Assembly (NCBI GenBank): GCA_035380865.1
Contig: DAOSYA010000007.1
Coordinates: forward strand, 4,618-68,617
DNA: 64,000 nucleotides
DNA from: a bacterium
Lineage (GTDB): Bacteria > UBP15 > UBA6099
Direction: 5' to 3'
Shown: positions 39,497-49,902 of the stretch, in pieces
Layout of the letters: every line of letters begins with the position of its first letter
How positions within the stretch are numbered: the first letter of the stretch is position 1
Made by a program: the position numbers and the translations under genes
Notes under the pieces: model-generated
Seen by the model: the letters and a program-made list of their open reading frames with translations, nothing else
What the model was told of the DNA's origin: nothing
The model's database searches: none

Positions 39497-40792
39497 TTAA
39501 AGGTTTACATCGAACCTTATCCAGGTATCCTCCTGAAAATTCGATACGACCGAAATACTGAAGAAATCATGAGCTTTAAAAGTCAGGCTACCCTCTGTAT
39601 CTTCATCTTCGATTTCAGTAACATTTTTCTCCCAGGATAGCACGATATCTTCAGTAATGTAATAATCAACCCAGATGCGATTTATGCTGTCCAGAAAATT
39701 TCTCCCGAAAGCTGCATAAAAAACATCTGCAAAGTGATATCCAAGCCCGAGATCGAACTCGCCCTCGATCGGGCCGGGCAGAAGATTTGCTTCTGCGAAC
39801 AACTCAAAATTTCCCGGCACGATCAGCCCGAGATGCCCCTCGATGTCAGGATTTCTTTCCTCTTTGCCCAATCCCAGCTTGCCCCTGAGAAAACAATTGA
39901 ATCTCGACGATTCGGTCTGCACAGTTATCAGTGTTCTTTCCTGGATATCAGATTTGAAATTAAACCTGAGCTTCAGCCTCGATGCCTGGCTGTTGTCTTC
40001 AAGATACGTCTTGAAAGAGTTGATTATTTCATCTTCGTTCTCTCTGGCGAACTCCACCGGCAGCCCCAGCATGAACTCGGCATGGCCCGCAAGGTCGAAC
40101 TTGACCCTCTCGAGCAAAAGAGAAGGCATTGTCGTGGATCTTGTTTTCACAAAAACATATTTAATGGTTTCCGAAACCGGCTTGAGAGCCACTTTTACTA
40201 TCGTCTCTTCGCGCAGGATAACTTCCGCGGCTACTTCGAATCCTTTGAAATAAGCTTGCTGAGAGATTATCTTTTCCGCCAGTTCCACAACAAGCGGCTC
40301 GCTCCATCTCGCGGATTCGACAGGGGTTGACCCCAGCGCGTCCAGGAACTGTTTTTCCAGAGGCTTTAATTTTTTTCCGAAAACTTTATTCCATTCCAGC
40401 GAAACACCCAACGAGTCGGAAACCACAAACGCAACCGAACTTACTCTGGGCTCTCTGCCCTTTAAATCAAGTTCTACGGCTGTATTTTCGCCTATCCCGA
40501 CTTCGAGGTTCAAAACCTCGAAACCACTTATCACTTCATTGAAAATCTTTCGCATTACCTGTTCGAGAGAAGGCTTCAATTCCTCGGCCTCTCTCAAGCT
40601 TTTACCTATCAGCGCTTTTTCTCCGACTTTTGCAACGCTCTCGCTGATTCGCTGCCTCAGAACCTCGGGGACAGGAGCGGCAAAATTAAGCCGCACCGAA
40701 ATCTTTCCTATGGCAGGGGCAGAAGTTTGCGCCATGGTGACGGATGAAACCAGAACTGCGAATACTGCAACAAAAAATATTATTTTTCTCAT
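39497..40792 (-). CDS. hypothetical secreted protein between bamA and skp
   Basis: Signal peptide (IIFFVAVFAVLVSSVTMAQ); 431 aa; no recognisable domain. Confidence 0.55.
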   Translation of the reverse strand: MRKIIFFVAVFAVLVSSVTMAQTSAPAIGKISVRLNFAAPVPEVLRQRISESVAKVGEKALIGKSLREAEELKPSLEQVMRKIFNEVISGFEVLNLEVGIGENTAVELDLKGREPRVSSVAFVVSDSLGVSLEWNKVFGKKLKPLEKQFLDALGSTPVESARWSEPLVVELAEKIISQQAYFKGFEVAAEVILREETIVKVALKPVSETIKYVFVKTRSTTMPSLLLERVKFDLAGHAEFMLGLPVEFARENEDEIINSFKTYLEDNSQASRLKLRFNFKSDIQERTLITVQTESSRFNCFLRGKLGLGKEERNPDIEGHLGLIVPGNFELFAEANLLPGPIEGEFDLGLGYHFADVFYAAFGRNFLDSINRIWVDYYITEDIVLSWEKNVTEIEDEDTEGSLTFKAHDFFSISVVSNFQEDTWIRFDVNL

Positions 40793-40822
40793 TTATCAAC
40801 CAGCAGAATCTTCTGATATGAA

Positions 40823-42583
40823 TCAGAACATGTGGCCGAATCCGAAATGAATTTCGGTCTCGTGCCCTTCAGCAATAGCATAATCAAGCCTGATCGGCCC
40901 GATTCCGAGAGCGGCGATTTTCAGCCTTATACCAACGCCAACCGCCCTGTGAAGTCCGTCATCGACCCAGAAGCTCATGTCATCCTTGTCCATCCAGGTG
41001 TTCCCGGCATCCGCAAAAAGAACAGCGGAAAGATTACCCGAAAGAATAAACCTGTATTCCGCATTGTAAAGCAGCATCTTGCTTCCCGCGAACTGGTACT
41101 CGTCATAACCCCTGAGCGTGTTTACTCCGCCCAGGTCAAAAAGGTCGAACTGCGGGATATCGCCCCTTCCAAGCCCGATTTTGATTCTCCCCGCAAGAAC
41201 CTGCTTTTTTCTGACGGGGTAGTACCTTCTGAAATCGAATACCAGCTTTTCATAATCATAGTCGCCGCCGATAATCGGCCCGCCGTTAAGCTCCAGGCTC
41301 GCCGAATCAAAACGCCCATCCGTTGGATTGAAGATATAATCCCTCGTGTCCGTTTTTATAGCGCCGGTCACGCTTCGCGACTTTCCATCGAGATAGTCAT
41401 AATCTTCCGGCTCAACATTAATGGTTTCAGCCTTGAACCCCGTGAACACCCTGGTGTAATTGGATATCGGGCGACCGAATGTCATATCGAAACCGGTTCT
41501 CAGTTCTTCGTAATCATCAGTATCGACAACCCCGAGCAGTCCATAGGTCAGGTTTTCCCTCGATGTGCTGTATATATTCATTTCCAGGCTCGTCTGTTTT
41601 TTATCAAGCCATGGTTCGAAATATCCAAGCTCATAGTCGTCCTGCTTCCCGCCGAATTCCAGTTTCACTTCCGTTCTCCGGCCTTTGCCCTTGAGGTTTC
41701 TTTCCGTGAATGTCAGAAAACCTGTCAACCCGGTATTCGAGCTGTAACCTGCTCCAAACCCCGCCGTCCCTGTCTTCGCTTCTTCAACCTCAAGCACCAG
41801 AATAATCGTGCCGGGCGGATTCCCCGGGTCCAGCCGGGTATGAACATCTTCAAAAAAACCAAGGTTGTATATTCTTTGCAGATCTTTTCCTATTTTATTT
41901 ACATTGTAGGTATCGCCGACTTTGGTCTTCATTTCCCGCGTTACTACATACGGTTTTGTCTTTCCGTCCTCGAGAATTTCAAATTCTTCCGTGTTCACCT
42001 TGTCCCTGAGTATGTAGGCTATCTTTATATCCTGGATCGTCCCTTCCGACACAACGATAAGGAGATTGCCCTGCCCGTCGACTCTTGCGTCAATAACACG
42101 TGCCGCTATATAACCGTCGTCCTGATATTTTTTCTCTATGGCTTCAATATCGGCTTTAAGGTCATTGCTGTTCAGGATACTGTTTTTCTTCGTAGCGATC
42201 ATATCCAGAAATTCCGTGTTGCTTACATCGTTGTTTCCTTCGAAGATTATGTCGTTGATCACCGGATTCTCTTCAACCCTGAATGTTATCTTGGCCCCAC
42301 CTTCATATTCCGAAAGACTCGCCTTGACATCCTCCGAGAAATATCCGAGATCGAAGATCCGCTGGAGATCTTCCTCCAGGTTCTCCGTCGAAAGATTCTC
42401 ATTTTCCTTCGATATAACCACACCCAGTATTTCTTCGTCCGGAACTTCGAAGTTTCCGGTAACATCTATCTTCTTGATCATTACTTCAGTAGTGCCGTTT
42501 TCCTGCGACCGCGCTGTTGCCGCAAAAAACACTATCGAGACGATTGCCAGCAGGACAATCGCCAGTCTTGACTGCCGGGACAT
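40823..42583 (-). CDS. bamA: outer membrane protein assembly factor BamA
   Basis: Start revised to MSRQSRLAIVLLAIV; POTRA repeats then a 16-strand barrel ending ...HFGFGHMF. Confidence 0.9.
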   Translation of the reverse strand: MSRQSRLAIVLLAIVSIVFFAATARSQENGTTEVMIKKIDVTGNFEVPDEEILGVVISKENENLSTENLEEDLQRIFDLGYFSEDVKASLSEYEGGAKITFRVEENPVINDIIFEGNNDVSNTEFLDMIATKKNSILNSNDLKADIEAIEKKYQDDGYIAARVIDARVDGQGNLLIVVSEGTIQDIKIAYILRDKVNTEEFEILEDGKTKPYVVTREMKTKVGDTYNVNKIGKDLQRIYNLGFFEDVHTRLDPGNPPGTIILVLEVEEAKTGTAGFGAGYSSNTGLTGFLTFTERNLKGKGRRTEVKLEFGGKQDDYELGYFEPWLDKKQTSLEMNIYSTSRENLTYGLLGVVDTDDYEELRTGFDMTFGRPISNYTRVFTGFKAETINVEPEDYDYLDGKSRSVTGAIKTDTRDYIFNPTDGRFDSASLELNGGPIIGGDYDYEKLVFDFRRYYPVRKKQVLAGRIKIGLGRGDIPQFDLFDLGGVNTLRGYDEYQFAGSKMLLYNAEYRFILSGNLSAVLFADAGNTWMDKDDMSFWVDDGLHRAVGVGIRLKIAALGIGPIRLDYAIAEGHETEIHFGFGHMF

Positions 42584-42782
42584 TTCACAACCTCCGTTAT
42601 GTTTCAGCTTACTTTTAAGCATTTTTACTTCTTATAAACAAGGTTTCACACCTGTCTATTCTACAGGTTATATATAATTATTGGGAAGTCTTTAAAGGAA
42701 TTAAAATCGCCGGGCAAGCCCGTATGCCGCATGACGATATGCCTTCGTTCCCATCCTTCTACCGGTCTGTTTCACTTCTATT

Positions 42783-43358
42783 TCACTGGTCGATCTTTTT
42801 CATCAGCCAGGCCATATTCTTCCCGAGCGTGTCCAGAGTGGACATCCCTTCTTCGTCGTTTTCAACTTCGCCGGGCTGCCGCCCTATCGCCAGATTCCAG
42901 TATGACGAACCCGGAACAATCATATTATTGATCAGGAAAAACTGGTTGATCTGGTTGAAAGTCTGCAACGCGCCCTGTCTTCTCACTGCAGCTACTGCTG
43001 CGCCGACTTTCCTGTTCAGCAGATGTCCGTTGGCTCGGGTTACCAGCCCGGCCCTGTCGATGAGCGCTTTCAGTTCCGGGGTCAAAGACCCGAAATACAC
43101 CGGCGACCCAAGCAGAATCCCATCCGCCGCCATCATCCGCTCTATCACTGAATTCAGGTCGTCTCGCCTCCCATGGCATCTGCCGTCGGCCCTGCTGAAA
43201 CATTTGTAACACGCTGTACATCCCTGGGCTTTTTTGCCGGAAAGCTGTATTATCTCGGAGCTTATTCCCTCTTCTTTAAGTACGCTGCAAACCCTGCTTA
43301 ACGACATGTATGTGTTTCCCCTTTTTCGAGGGCTTCCGTTTACCGCGATGACTTTCAT
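42783..43358 (-). CDS. iron-sulfur flavoprotein (ISF) / NADPH-dependent FMN reductase family
   Basis: MKVIAVNGSPRKRGNT flavodoxin-like N-terminus plus compact CTACYKCFSRADGRC (Cx2Cx2Cx6C) ISF cluster motif. Confidence 0.75.
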   Translation of the reverse strand: MKVIAVNGSPRKRGNTYMSLSRVCSVLKEEGISSEIIQLSGKKAQGCTACYKCFSRADGRCHGRRDDLNSVIERMMAADGILLGSPVYFGSLTPELKALIDRAGLVTRANGHLLNRKVGAAVAAVRRQGALQTFNQINQFFLINNMIVPGSSYWNLAIGRQPGEVENDEEGMSTLDTLGKNMAWLMKKIDQ

Positions 43359-43527
43359 TTAAACCTCCCGTTTTTATCCGATTATTTCATTCGACATATA
43401 AATTTCCGATTTGTTTCATGATTGTTAATAATAACCCTTTATACGACTTGATGTAAATCTGAGACATAATTTACTATAATGATTTTTCAAGACTGTTATA
43501 ATATTTACCGGCTACTAAATTTCACCG

Positions 43528-44484
43528 TTGGATAGATACATGATAAAAGTCTGGCAGTTAAGCAAAAGTTTCGGCAAAAATAGCGCGGTCGACAGCATCG
43601 GCTTCAATGTTGAACCGGGCGAAATAGTTGCTTTCGCCGGCCCGAACGGAGCGGGCAAAAGCACAACGCTTCGAATGCTTTCGACTTATCTTGTTCCCGA
43701 TTCGGGTTCGATATCCATTGATGGATTCGATGCCGTCGAAAACCCGCTCGCTGTTCGAAACCGCATTGGATACATGCCCGAATCGAACATCCTTTATGAA
43801 GGAATGCGCGTAGACCGATTTCTGAAATTCATAGCGAAAGCGCACTGGCTGTCCCCGGGGCAAATATCGGAAAATCTCGACTGGGTGGTTGATAAATGCC
43901 GACTCGAAGACGTGCTCTACAAAAAAATATATCAGTGTTCCAAAGGATATCACAGGAGAATCGCCCTCGCGATGGCGCTCATACACAAACCCGGCGTGCT
44001 GCTTCTCGACGAGCCGACGCACGGGCTCGACCCGCTCCAGGTGCTTGCGCTGAGAGATTTCATCAAAAGCCTGAAACCGAACCGCGCGATTCTTTTCAGC
44101 ACACACATCATCCAGGAAGTCACCGCCGTATGCGACCGAATGCTGGTCATAAACGCCGGAAAAATTATCGCCGCGGGCACAAATCTTGAACTTGCTCTGA
44201 AAGCGGGATTCGCGCCGTGGGCGGAATGCTGCCTTGATCAGTTTACGCCGGCTGCGAAAAATGCGCTGGTCGAACTGAAATGCGGGAATCTGATCGAATC
44301 AGCGACAAAACCCGACGGCTCAATCGAAGCCGTGATCGGGATAACTCAACCGGGACTCGAGGAAGAACTCGAAGCGCTCGTGAATTCGGGCCTGTTTTCC
44401 ATGAAATCATTCAAAACTGCCGGAATCGATACCGAATCGGTCCTGGCCGAACTGCTTAGAAAATCTCCGGGAGACGAAGAATGA
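43528..44484 (+). CDS. ABC-2-type transporter ATP-binding protein (GldA-like)
   Basis: GPNGAGKST, CSKGYHRRIALAMAL signature region, LLLDEPTHGLDP. Confidence 0.85.
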   Translation: MDRYMIKVWQLSKSFGKNSAVDSIGFNVEPGEIVAFAGPNGAGKSTTLRMLSTYLVPDSGSISIDGFDAVENPLAVRNRIGYMPESNILYEGMRVDRFLKFIAKAHWLSPGQISENLDWVVDKCRLEDVLYKKIYQCSKGYHRRIALAMALIHKPGVLLLDEPTHGLDPLQVLALRDFIKSLKPNRAILFSTHIIQEVTAVCDRMLVINAGKIIAAGTNLELALKAGFAPWAECCLDQFTPAAKNALVELKCGNLIESATKPDGSIEAVIGITQPGLEEELEALVNSGLFSMKSFKTAGIDTESVLAELLRKSPGDEE

Positions 44485-45266
44485 ACAGCGAATCCGGAAC
44501 GGAAATAAAGGCGAATCCCGGCGCGACAGGATTCATCAGGGGAGTCCATATCGTGTGCGCACGCGAACTCGGCGCCATGTTCGATTCCTCGATCGCCTAC
44601 ATTTATTTCATCGCGTTCTCGCTGCTTTCCGTCGGGATTTTCATGAACGATTTTTTCATCCGCGCCGTGATCGACATGTCGCCTTATTTCGACCTGCTGC
44701 CCCTGCTGCTCGCCGTTTTTATCCCGGCCCTGACGATGAAAATCTGGGCAGAAGAAAAAAGGATTCTGACATTCGAGCTTCTAATCACGCTTCCGCTTAA
44801 AACCTCGCAGCTTTCGCTCGGAAAGTTCGCCGCGCTTTATTTTTTCTACCTGCTCACGCTGTGCAGTTCGCTGCCCGTCGTCGCGATGCTGTACGTGCTG
44901 GGCTCGCCGGATACGGGTCTCCTCATTTCAGGATACGTGGCTGCGGCGCTCATCGGCGCGATGTTCATATCCATCGGCATCTTCACGTCCGGCTTAACGG
45001 ATAACCAGATAGTGGCTTTCGTGATTTCCGCTTTCTTCTGTTTTATTTTCGTCGTCACCGGGAGCCATTCAACAGCGGGAATTATCGATGGGCTTGTTCC
45101 CGCGCTCCAGGCGGGCAGCTTTCTCTATGATTACTTTTCGGCAATCCCTCATTACTGCGCGCTTGCCGGAGGCGTTCTTGCTGTTTCAGACATTTTTTAT
45201 TTTGCGGCCATGGCTGTTCTGTTCCTCTGGTTCAATGTACTCAACATTTCCGGGAGCAGGGTTTGA
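44481..45266 (+). CDS. ABC-2-type permease (GldF-like)
   Basis: Six-TM ABC-2 membrane protein; start overlaps the ATPase stop by 4 nt. Confidence 0.7.
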   Translation: MNSESGTEIKANPGATGFIRGVHIVCARELGAMFDSSIAYIYFIAFSLLSVGIFMNDFFIRAVIDMSPYFDLLPLLLAVFIPALTMKIWAEEKRILTFELLITLPLKTSQLSLGKFAALYFFYLLTLCSSLPVVAMLYVLGSPDTGLLISGYVAAALIGAMFISIGIFTSGLTDNQIVAFVISAFFCFIFVVTGSHSTAGIIDGLVPALQAGSFLYDYFSAIPHYCALAGGVLAVSDIFYFAAMAVLFLWFNVLNISGSRV

Positions 45267-48200
45267 AACTTCCATCCTCACTTCGCTGTTTTATCGTTGC
45301 CGCGCTTCTGGTCGCTGTTGCGCTTTCCGCTCAGGATTTGCTGAACAGATACTTTCCGGGCGGGGCCGACATAAGCCGGCGTAAATCTCACGAGCTTAAC
45401 GACAAAACCGCCGCAACAATAAATAATCTTAAAGAACCTGTGCTTGTCACATACTATGTAACCGAAGCCGGCAAAATACCGCCGGAGCTAAAGCACATAG
45501 AAAGCAAAACCGTCGCCGTCCTGAAGCGTATCAGGAACGCATCCGGCGGAAAGTTCGGCTTTGAAATAATTGACCCTACCCGCGACGAGGGTCTGCAACG
45601 CCTAGCGGCTCAAAAAAAAGCTTCGCCTGTCCACATCGGTAAAATCAGGTCCGACAGCCGGACGGAAGATGTCGTGTGGTCCACCATCGTGATTTCAATG
45701 GGCGGACACAGGGACGAGGTGATTCACCACGTCACTGAAAAGCATCTGCCGTATCTTGAATCACTGATCGCCGGCCATTTGGAATACATGTCCCGGCCCG
45801 CCCGGCCCCGGATCGGTATTTCCCCACCCGGAAATTACAGCGAACTCGAAAAGCTGCTCGGCGAAAAAGCGGATGTTCTCCGTTTTGATTTCGACACGCA
45901 GCCGGATATTCCAGATGTCGATTTCGCTTTTATTTTCGAGCCTCAAACATCGGACGACATGCACCGGGCGACCTTAGGGAGATTCATCGCGGAAGGCGGA
46001 ACCGCCCTCGTTGCCGGCTCCAAATATGATATCGGCATGACCCAATCTGACGATGGCTCCATTTATATCGATGCGGTGCCGCGACCCGTGTCACCCGGCG
46101 CGCTGCTGAAAGATTTCGGCGTTTCTTTCAATGACAGAATCGTGCTCGACGAAAAAAGCGAATTCCTCAGAATCGGCGGGCCTTCCGGAGAAACAAGAAC
46201 CATCTATGTCCCGGTTTATATAAGGACCACACCGGTGACGCACGACTTCAGGAATTTCGCATCGCAATCGAGAGGAGCGCTCGCCTTCTTCGGCGCATCG
46301 CCGGTTGAATTAAACCCGAAGACATTGAAAAAAGCCGGTTACTCCGCACGCAACATTGTTACAACATCCGAAGATGCGTGGTCGATTCCTCTTTCCAGCG
46401 TCAGGCTGAAAGAATCAGATTTCAACAGAACTGTCATCGAATCCAAAATCCCGCTCGCGGTATTGCTGACACCGGAAAACCCGTTGCAAGGCCGGCTGAT
46501 CGTGTTCGGTTCGGCTTCGATTTTCAGAGACGATTCGATAAACAGGCGAGGCTTCGCTCATAGAATATTCATCGGCAACATTGAACGGACTTTCCTGAAG
46601 GGTGAAAGAATCGTCGCAAAACGGATTGATAAAATGCTGCCGGAACAAATACCCGAAGCAGGCGGCGCTTCTGCCGGGAGAGCAATATTTATTATTTTGC
46701 TCCTGCTGCCGGTTCTTGCCGCGGTGTTTGCCGTTCTGAAGCTCGGGGTTCCACGGGAACACAGGCTGAATAAATTGTTTCGCTTTTCAGCGATTGCGGC
46801 TTTGCTCCTGATCGCTCTTATTTCCATCGGCCTGATCAGCTCGTTGCAATCAGGCATTCGCGTCGATCTCACAAGCGGCAATATCAACAGCCTTCAACAG
46901 CCCACCATATCATTGCTGAAAAATTTAGAACAGGGCATCGAAGTCGAATTCATTGCATCCGATCCCCACTCGGTCCCGAACAGCTTGAAAGAAGCGTACT
47001 CTTCCATAACCGCGCTTCTGTCCGAAATGAAAAGAAACAGCAACGGCAAACTTAGAATCAAAACGACAAAACCCGCCCCGGACGACGAATCCGAATTGAT
47101 CCGTCTCGAGTCACTCGGTGTAACGAGAACAAAATCATTATCCGGCGGAAACGAAATGGCGCACGGTGCCTGGTGCTCGCTTGTTTTCTCAGGGCCAAAA
47201 GCATCCCGGATCGTTAATATTGACGAAGAAAGCTTGAACGAGCTGGAATTCCGCGCGGCGCTTGCCATCAAATCCATAGTCAGGGGCAGACCATTTCGCG
47301 TGGCGGTCGCATCCGATCTTCCACGCCTTTCGCCTGCCGAGGCATACGAGGATTATTTCAAAAAACAGCTTTCCGCCCCCGTGGGTGGCGATGTCTACAG
47401 CATGGCGAAGAAATCGCTTCTGGATTCCGGCTTCGAGGTTTTGCAGGTGAACCCCGCGAAACCGGTTCTGCCCGAAGGCATCGACGCGCTCATCTGGCTT
47501 CAGCCGCGCCGCCCGGTACTCGACATGGGAGCCGCGCTCGGGAATTATCTTGAAAAAGGCGGAAACGCTTTTGTCGCTATGCAGCATTTTAATATACAGC
47601 AGAGACAGTACAGTGGTCGCAATTTCAAAACGGTGTACTGGCCCCAGCCACAGTTCATGGATCTGAACGGCTATCTCGAAATACTCGGCGTCGGCCTTGT
47701 GCGGGAAATACTGATGGACAATGTGCAGGACAGGCTCGAACTGGAAATGCAGATAAACCGATCGGCGTCTCGCGAGTACGAATCGCAGGCTGTAGCAAAA
47801 CCTTTTGTCATTAAAGCCATTCCTCCTTATTTCAACACCGAATCGGCCATTACGAAAAGGCTCGGCAATCTGCTGTACATCTGGGGAAACTGGTTCAGCA
47901 TTAATAATAAAACGTTATCATCCAGGGGTATTTCCTCTGAGCCTTTGATAGAAACAAGCCCCGGCGCCTGGGATTATGAATGGAACGGCGGGTTCCTCGA
48001 CGACAGCGTCTTCACTCCCGGAGAAGTCGGGCAAAAGACTCTCGCGGTGTTGCTCGAAGGCTATTTCCCGCGCGTGAATATCACCGGGGAAACCGAGCCG
48101 CGAATATCCGAAGTTCCGATAATCAGCTCCGTCGAAAGAGGGAAAAAAGGAAAACTGCTGCTGACGGGCTGCTCGGAGATGTTCAAAAACAATTACCTGA

Positions 48201-48424
48201 AAAAAGAGGGTTTCAGCCACGAAGCATTTTTACTCAGGGCCGCGGCGGCACTCGCGGCAGGTGACGAGATTGCTTCCCTGCTCTCGAAAGAAAATTTCGC
48301 GCAGGGCTTCAGCCGGCCCGGCGGAGGCGCGGCGCTTAAATTCAGGATTGTGGTGATCGCGCTTCCCTGCCTGCTTTTCATTGCGGCGGGTTTAGCCCGG
48401 CTCAGACCCAGGAAAAGAAAGTAA
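45263..48424 (+). CDS. tandemly duplicated GldG-like ABC auxiliary protein (1053 aa)
   Basis: Two consecutive copies of the GldG / ABC-type uncharacterised transport system module (N-terminal halves around residues 40-130 and 520-610 share architecture); TM segments at N-terminus, mid-protein and C-terminus. Confidence 0.7.
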   Translation: MKLPSSLRCFIVAALLVAVALSAQDLLNRYFPGGADISRRKSHELNDKTAATINNLKEPVLVTYYVTEAGKIPPELKHIESKTVAVLKRIRNASGGKFGFEIIDPTRDEGLQRLAAQKKASPVHIGKIRSDSRTEDVVWSTIVISMGGHRDEVIHHVTEKHLPYLESLIAGHLEYMSRPARPRIGISPPGNYSELEKLLGEKADVLRFDFDTQPDIPDVDFAFIFEPQTSDDMHRATLGRFIAEGGTALVAGSKYDIGMTQSDDGSIYIDAVPRPVSPGALLKDFGVSFNDRIVLDEKSEFLRIGGPSGETRTIYVPVYIRTTPVTHDFRNFASQSRGALAFFGASPVELNPKTLKKAGYSARNIVTTSEDAWSIPLSSVRLKESDFNRTVIESKIPLAVLLTPENPLQGRLIVFGSASIFRDDSINRRGFAHRIFIGNIERTFLKGERIVAKRIDKMLPEQIPEAGGASAGRAIFIILLLLPVLAAVFAVLKLGVPREHRLNKLFRFSAIAALLLIALISIGLISSLQSGIRVDLTSGNINSLQQPTISLLKNLEQGIEVEFIASDPHSVPNSLKEAYSSITALLSEMKRNSNGKLRIKTTKPAPDDESELIRLESLGVTRTKSLSGGNEMAHGAWCSLVFSGPKASRIVNIDEESLNELEFRAALAIKSIVRGRPFRVAVASDLPRLSPAEAYEDYFKKQLSAPVGGDVYSMAKKSLLDSGFEVLQVNPAKPVLPEGIDALIWLQPRRPVLDMGAALGNYLEKGGNAFVAMQHFNIQQRQYSGRNFKTVYWPQPQFMDLNGYLEILGVGLVREILMDNVQDRLELEMQINRSASREYESQAVAKPFVIKAIPPYFNTESAITKRLGNLLYIWGNWFSINNKTLSSRGISSEPLIETSPGAWDYEWNGGFLDDSVFTPGEVGQKTLAVLLEGYFPRVNITGETEPRISEVPIISSVERGKKGKLLLTGCSEMFKNNYLKKEGFSHEAFLLRAAAALAAGDEIASLLSKENFAQGFSRPGGGAALKFRIVVIALPCLLFIAAGLARLRPRKRK

Positions 48425-48429
48425 CAGTT

Positions 48430-49521
48430 ATGAATAGAAAGACGACATCAGCGCTGATTATTCTTCTCGCGGCAATCCTGTCCGCAAGAGCCGTGTTCAT
48501 GGCTGTTGACAAAAAAAGCAACCCTCGTTACTCCGATTCCGTTTCTCTTTCACAACTATCAAACCTGGATGCCGGAGATGTATCCTCACTCGGAATCCTG
48601 TTTCCGGCATCAGAACTCGAAGTCCTGTATGTCAGGGATAATAACAACTGGCGCATGCCGCAGTACAGAAACGCTTTCGCGCTCGGCGAAAAGCTCAATG
48701 GAATTCTCCGCGATGTCCTGAACTCAGACGGGATAAAAATTGTTACGCCGGTCGATCGGGATTACGGTTTCAACGGCAACGGCATCCGCTTCCGGTTTTA
48801 TTCAGGGGGCAAAACTCCGGCGCTCGAAATAGAATGCGGAAAAGAGATACCGGGCTACGGTCGCTCGGACTCCTACATTAGAATATACGGCAAGCCGCAG
48901 ATCTATCACATAAACGGGAACCCGGTCGCTCGGCTCGGGGCAAGAAACAACCTGCCGCCGCTCGTCGACCCGAGAGTGATTCCTCGCGCCGTGACAGGTT
49001 CCGCCCGGCTCGCGAGAATCGAGTTCGAGCCCGGCTGGCTCGGACCCTTTCGCGGCATCATGAGAAAAGAAAAGGTTCTCGACGCCTCGAACCCGGATAT
49101 GAAGCGATTGATCGACACGGGGGTTAGAATCCACGAATGGTTCGCGTTCTCGGAAAAAAGCGAAACGCGGCTCGACGAAAAAAGCGCGGCGGAATTCGCC
49201 GGCTTTATAGAAAACCTGGCTTTTAACAGAATACCAAGGCTTGAAGAGATCGACGGAAAAGCAGCCGGGCTGTCAGGCAAAAAGCTGCGTCTCGGATACG
49301 AGAGCGAAGACAGAAGCGGAGCTTTAACCTCGACGGAATACATTCTCGAAATACTGTCTTCAGACGGCAAGGGTAACCGACACATCTTTTTCTCGGGCAC
49401 CGGGCTGGTCTCCAGCATAACCGAACGTGACGCTGAAAGACTGCTGCCGGACTTTGAAACACTCCTGCGCCCGCCGGCACCGCCGCCGGTTCCGAAAAAT
49501 CAACTCCTGCCAAACATGTGA
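48430..49521 (+). CDS. DUF4340-like protein
   Basis: N-terminal TM anchor; this family usually sits directly downstream of GldG-like genes. Confidence 0.55.
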   Translation: MNRKTTSALIILLAAILSARAVFMAVDKKSNPRYSDSVSLSQLSNLDAGDVSSLGILFPASELEVLYVRDNNNWRMPQYRNAFALGEKLNGILRDVLNSDGIKIVTPVDRDYGFNGNGIRFRFYSGGKTPALEIECGKEIPGYGRSDSYIRIYGKPQIYHINGNPVARLGARNNLPPLVDPRVIPRAVTGSARLARIEFEPGWLGPFRGIMRKEKVLDASNPDMKRLIDTGVRIHEWFAFSEKSETRLDEKSAAEFAGFIENLAFNRIPRLEEIDGKAAGLSGKKLRLGYESEDRSGALTSTEYILEILSSDGKGNRHIFFSGTGLVSSITERDAERLLPDFETLLRPPAPPPVPKNQLLPNM

Positions 49522-49633
49522 CTTTTCCTTGTTTAAGCACTCATATATTTATATAACTATGTAGCGGCAAATAATAAAACCGCCTGATTCATGCAAACCC
49601 GGATGGGCCGTTCATCCGGTTACGAACAGGGAT

Positions 49634-49812
49634 AGCCTGCATTTCTCACCAGTGCAGGCTAAAGATCGTGATAATGCCTGTAATACAAGGCGCGGCGAGT
49701 GAGTGGTGAGGAAGCATACTGTGTGGTATGTAACCGATCCCGAACCGATGCCGCAACGCAGCAGGACAGGTGTTATCGCGATCTGCCGGATTTCTTTTTG
49801 AGAAATCCGGGG
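49634..49812 (+). repeat. dispersed repeat family C copy 1
   Basis: Shares gcatttctcacc.gcagg...aaagatcgtga...gaacatactgtg.ggtatgtaaccga.cccgaaccgatgccgcaacgcagc.gacaggtgttatc.cgat....ccggatttct.t..gagaaatccgg with 56547..56780. Confidence 0.65.
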
Positions 49813-49827
49813 AAGAATCACATTGGG

Positions 49828-49856
49828 TTGAAAAAAGATATATACGGTAATAAAAT
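49828..49856 (+). promoter_or_regulatory. sigma70-like promoter for the ferredoxin/2-oxoacid oxidoreductase operon
   Basis: TTGAAA - 17 nt - TAAAAT; GGAG SD 11 nt before ATG 49903; the ATTTCT-N-GAGAAAT palindrome ends 18 nt upstream of the -35. Confidence 0.4.
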
Positions 49857-49902
49857 TACCCCTTGTGCCCGGCAAAAGGGTCTATAGCATCTGGAGAATG
49901 TC

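Noticed and set aside
40832-42571. 579-aa plus-strand ORF
   Set aside because: Exactly antisense to bamA, whose POTRA/barrel homology is unambiguous. It is a shadow ORF typical of GC-rich DNA.
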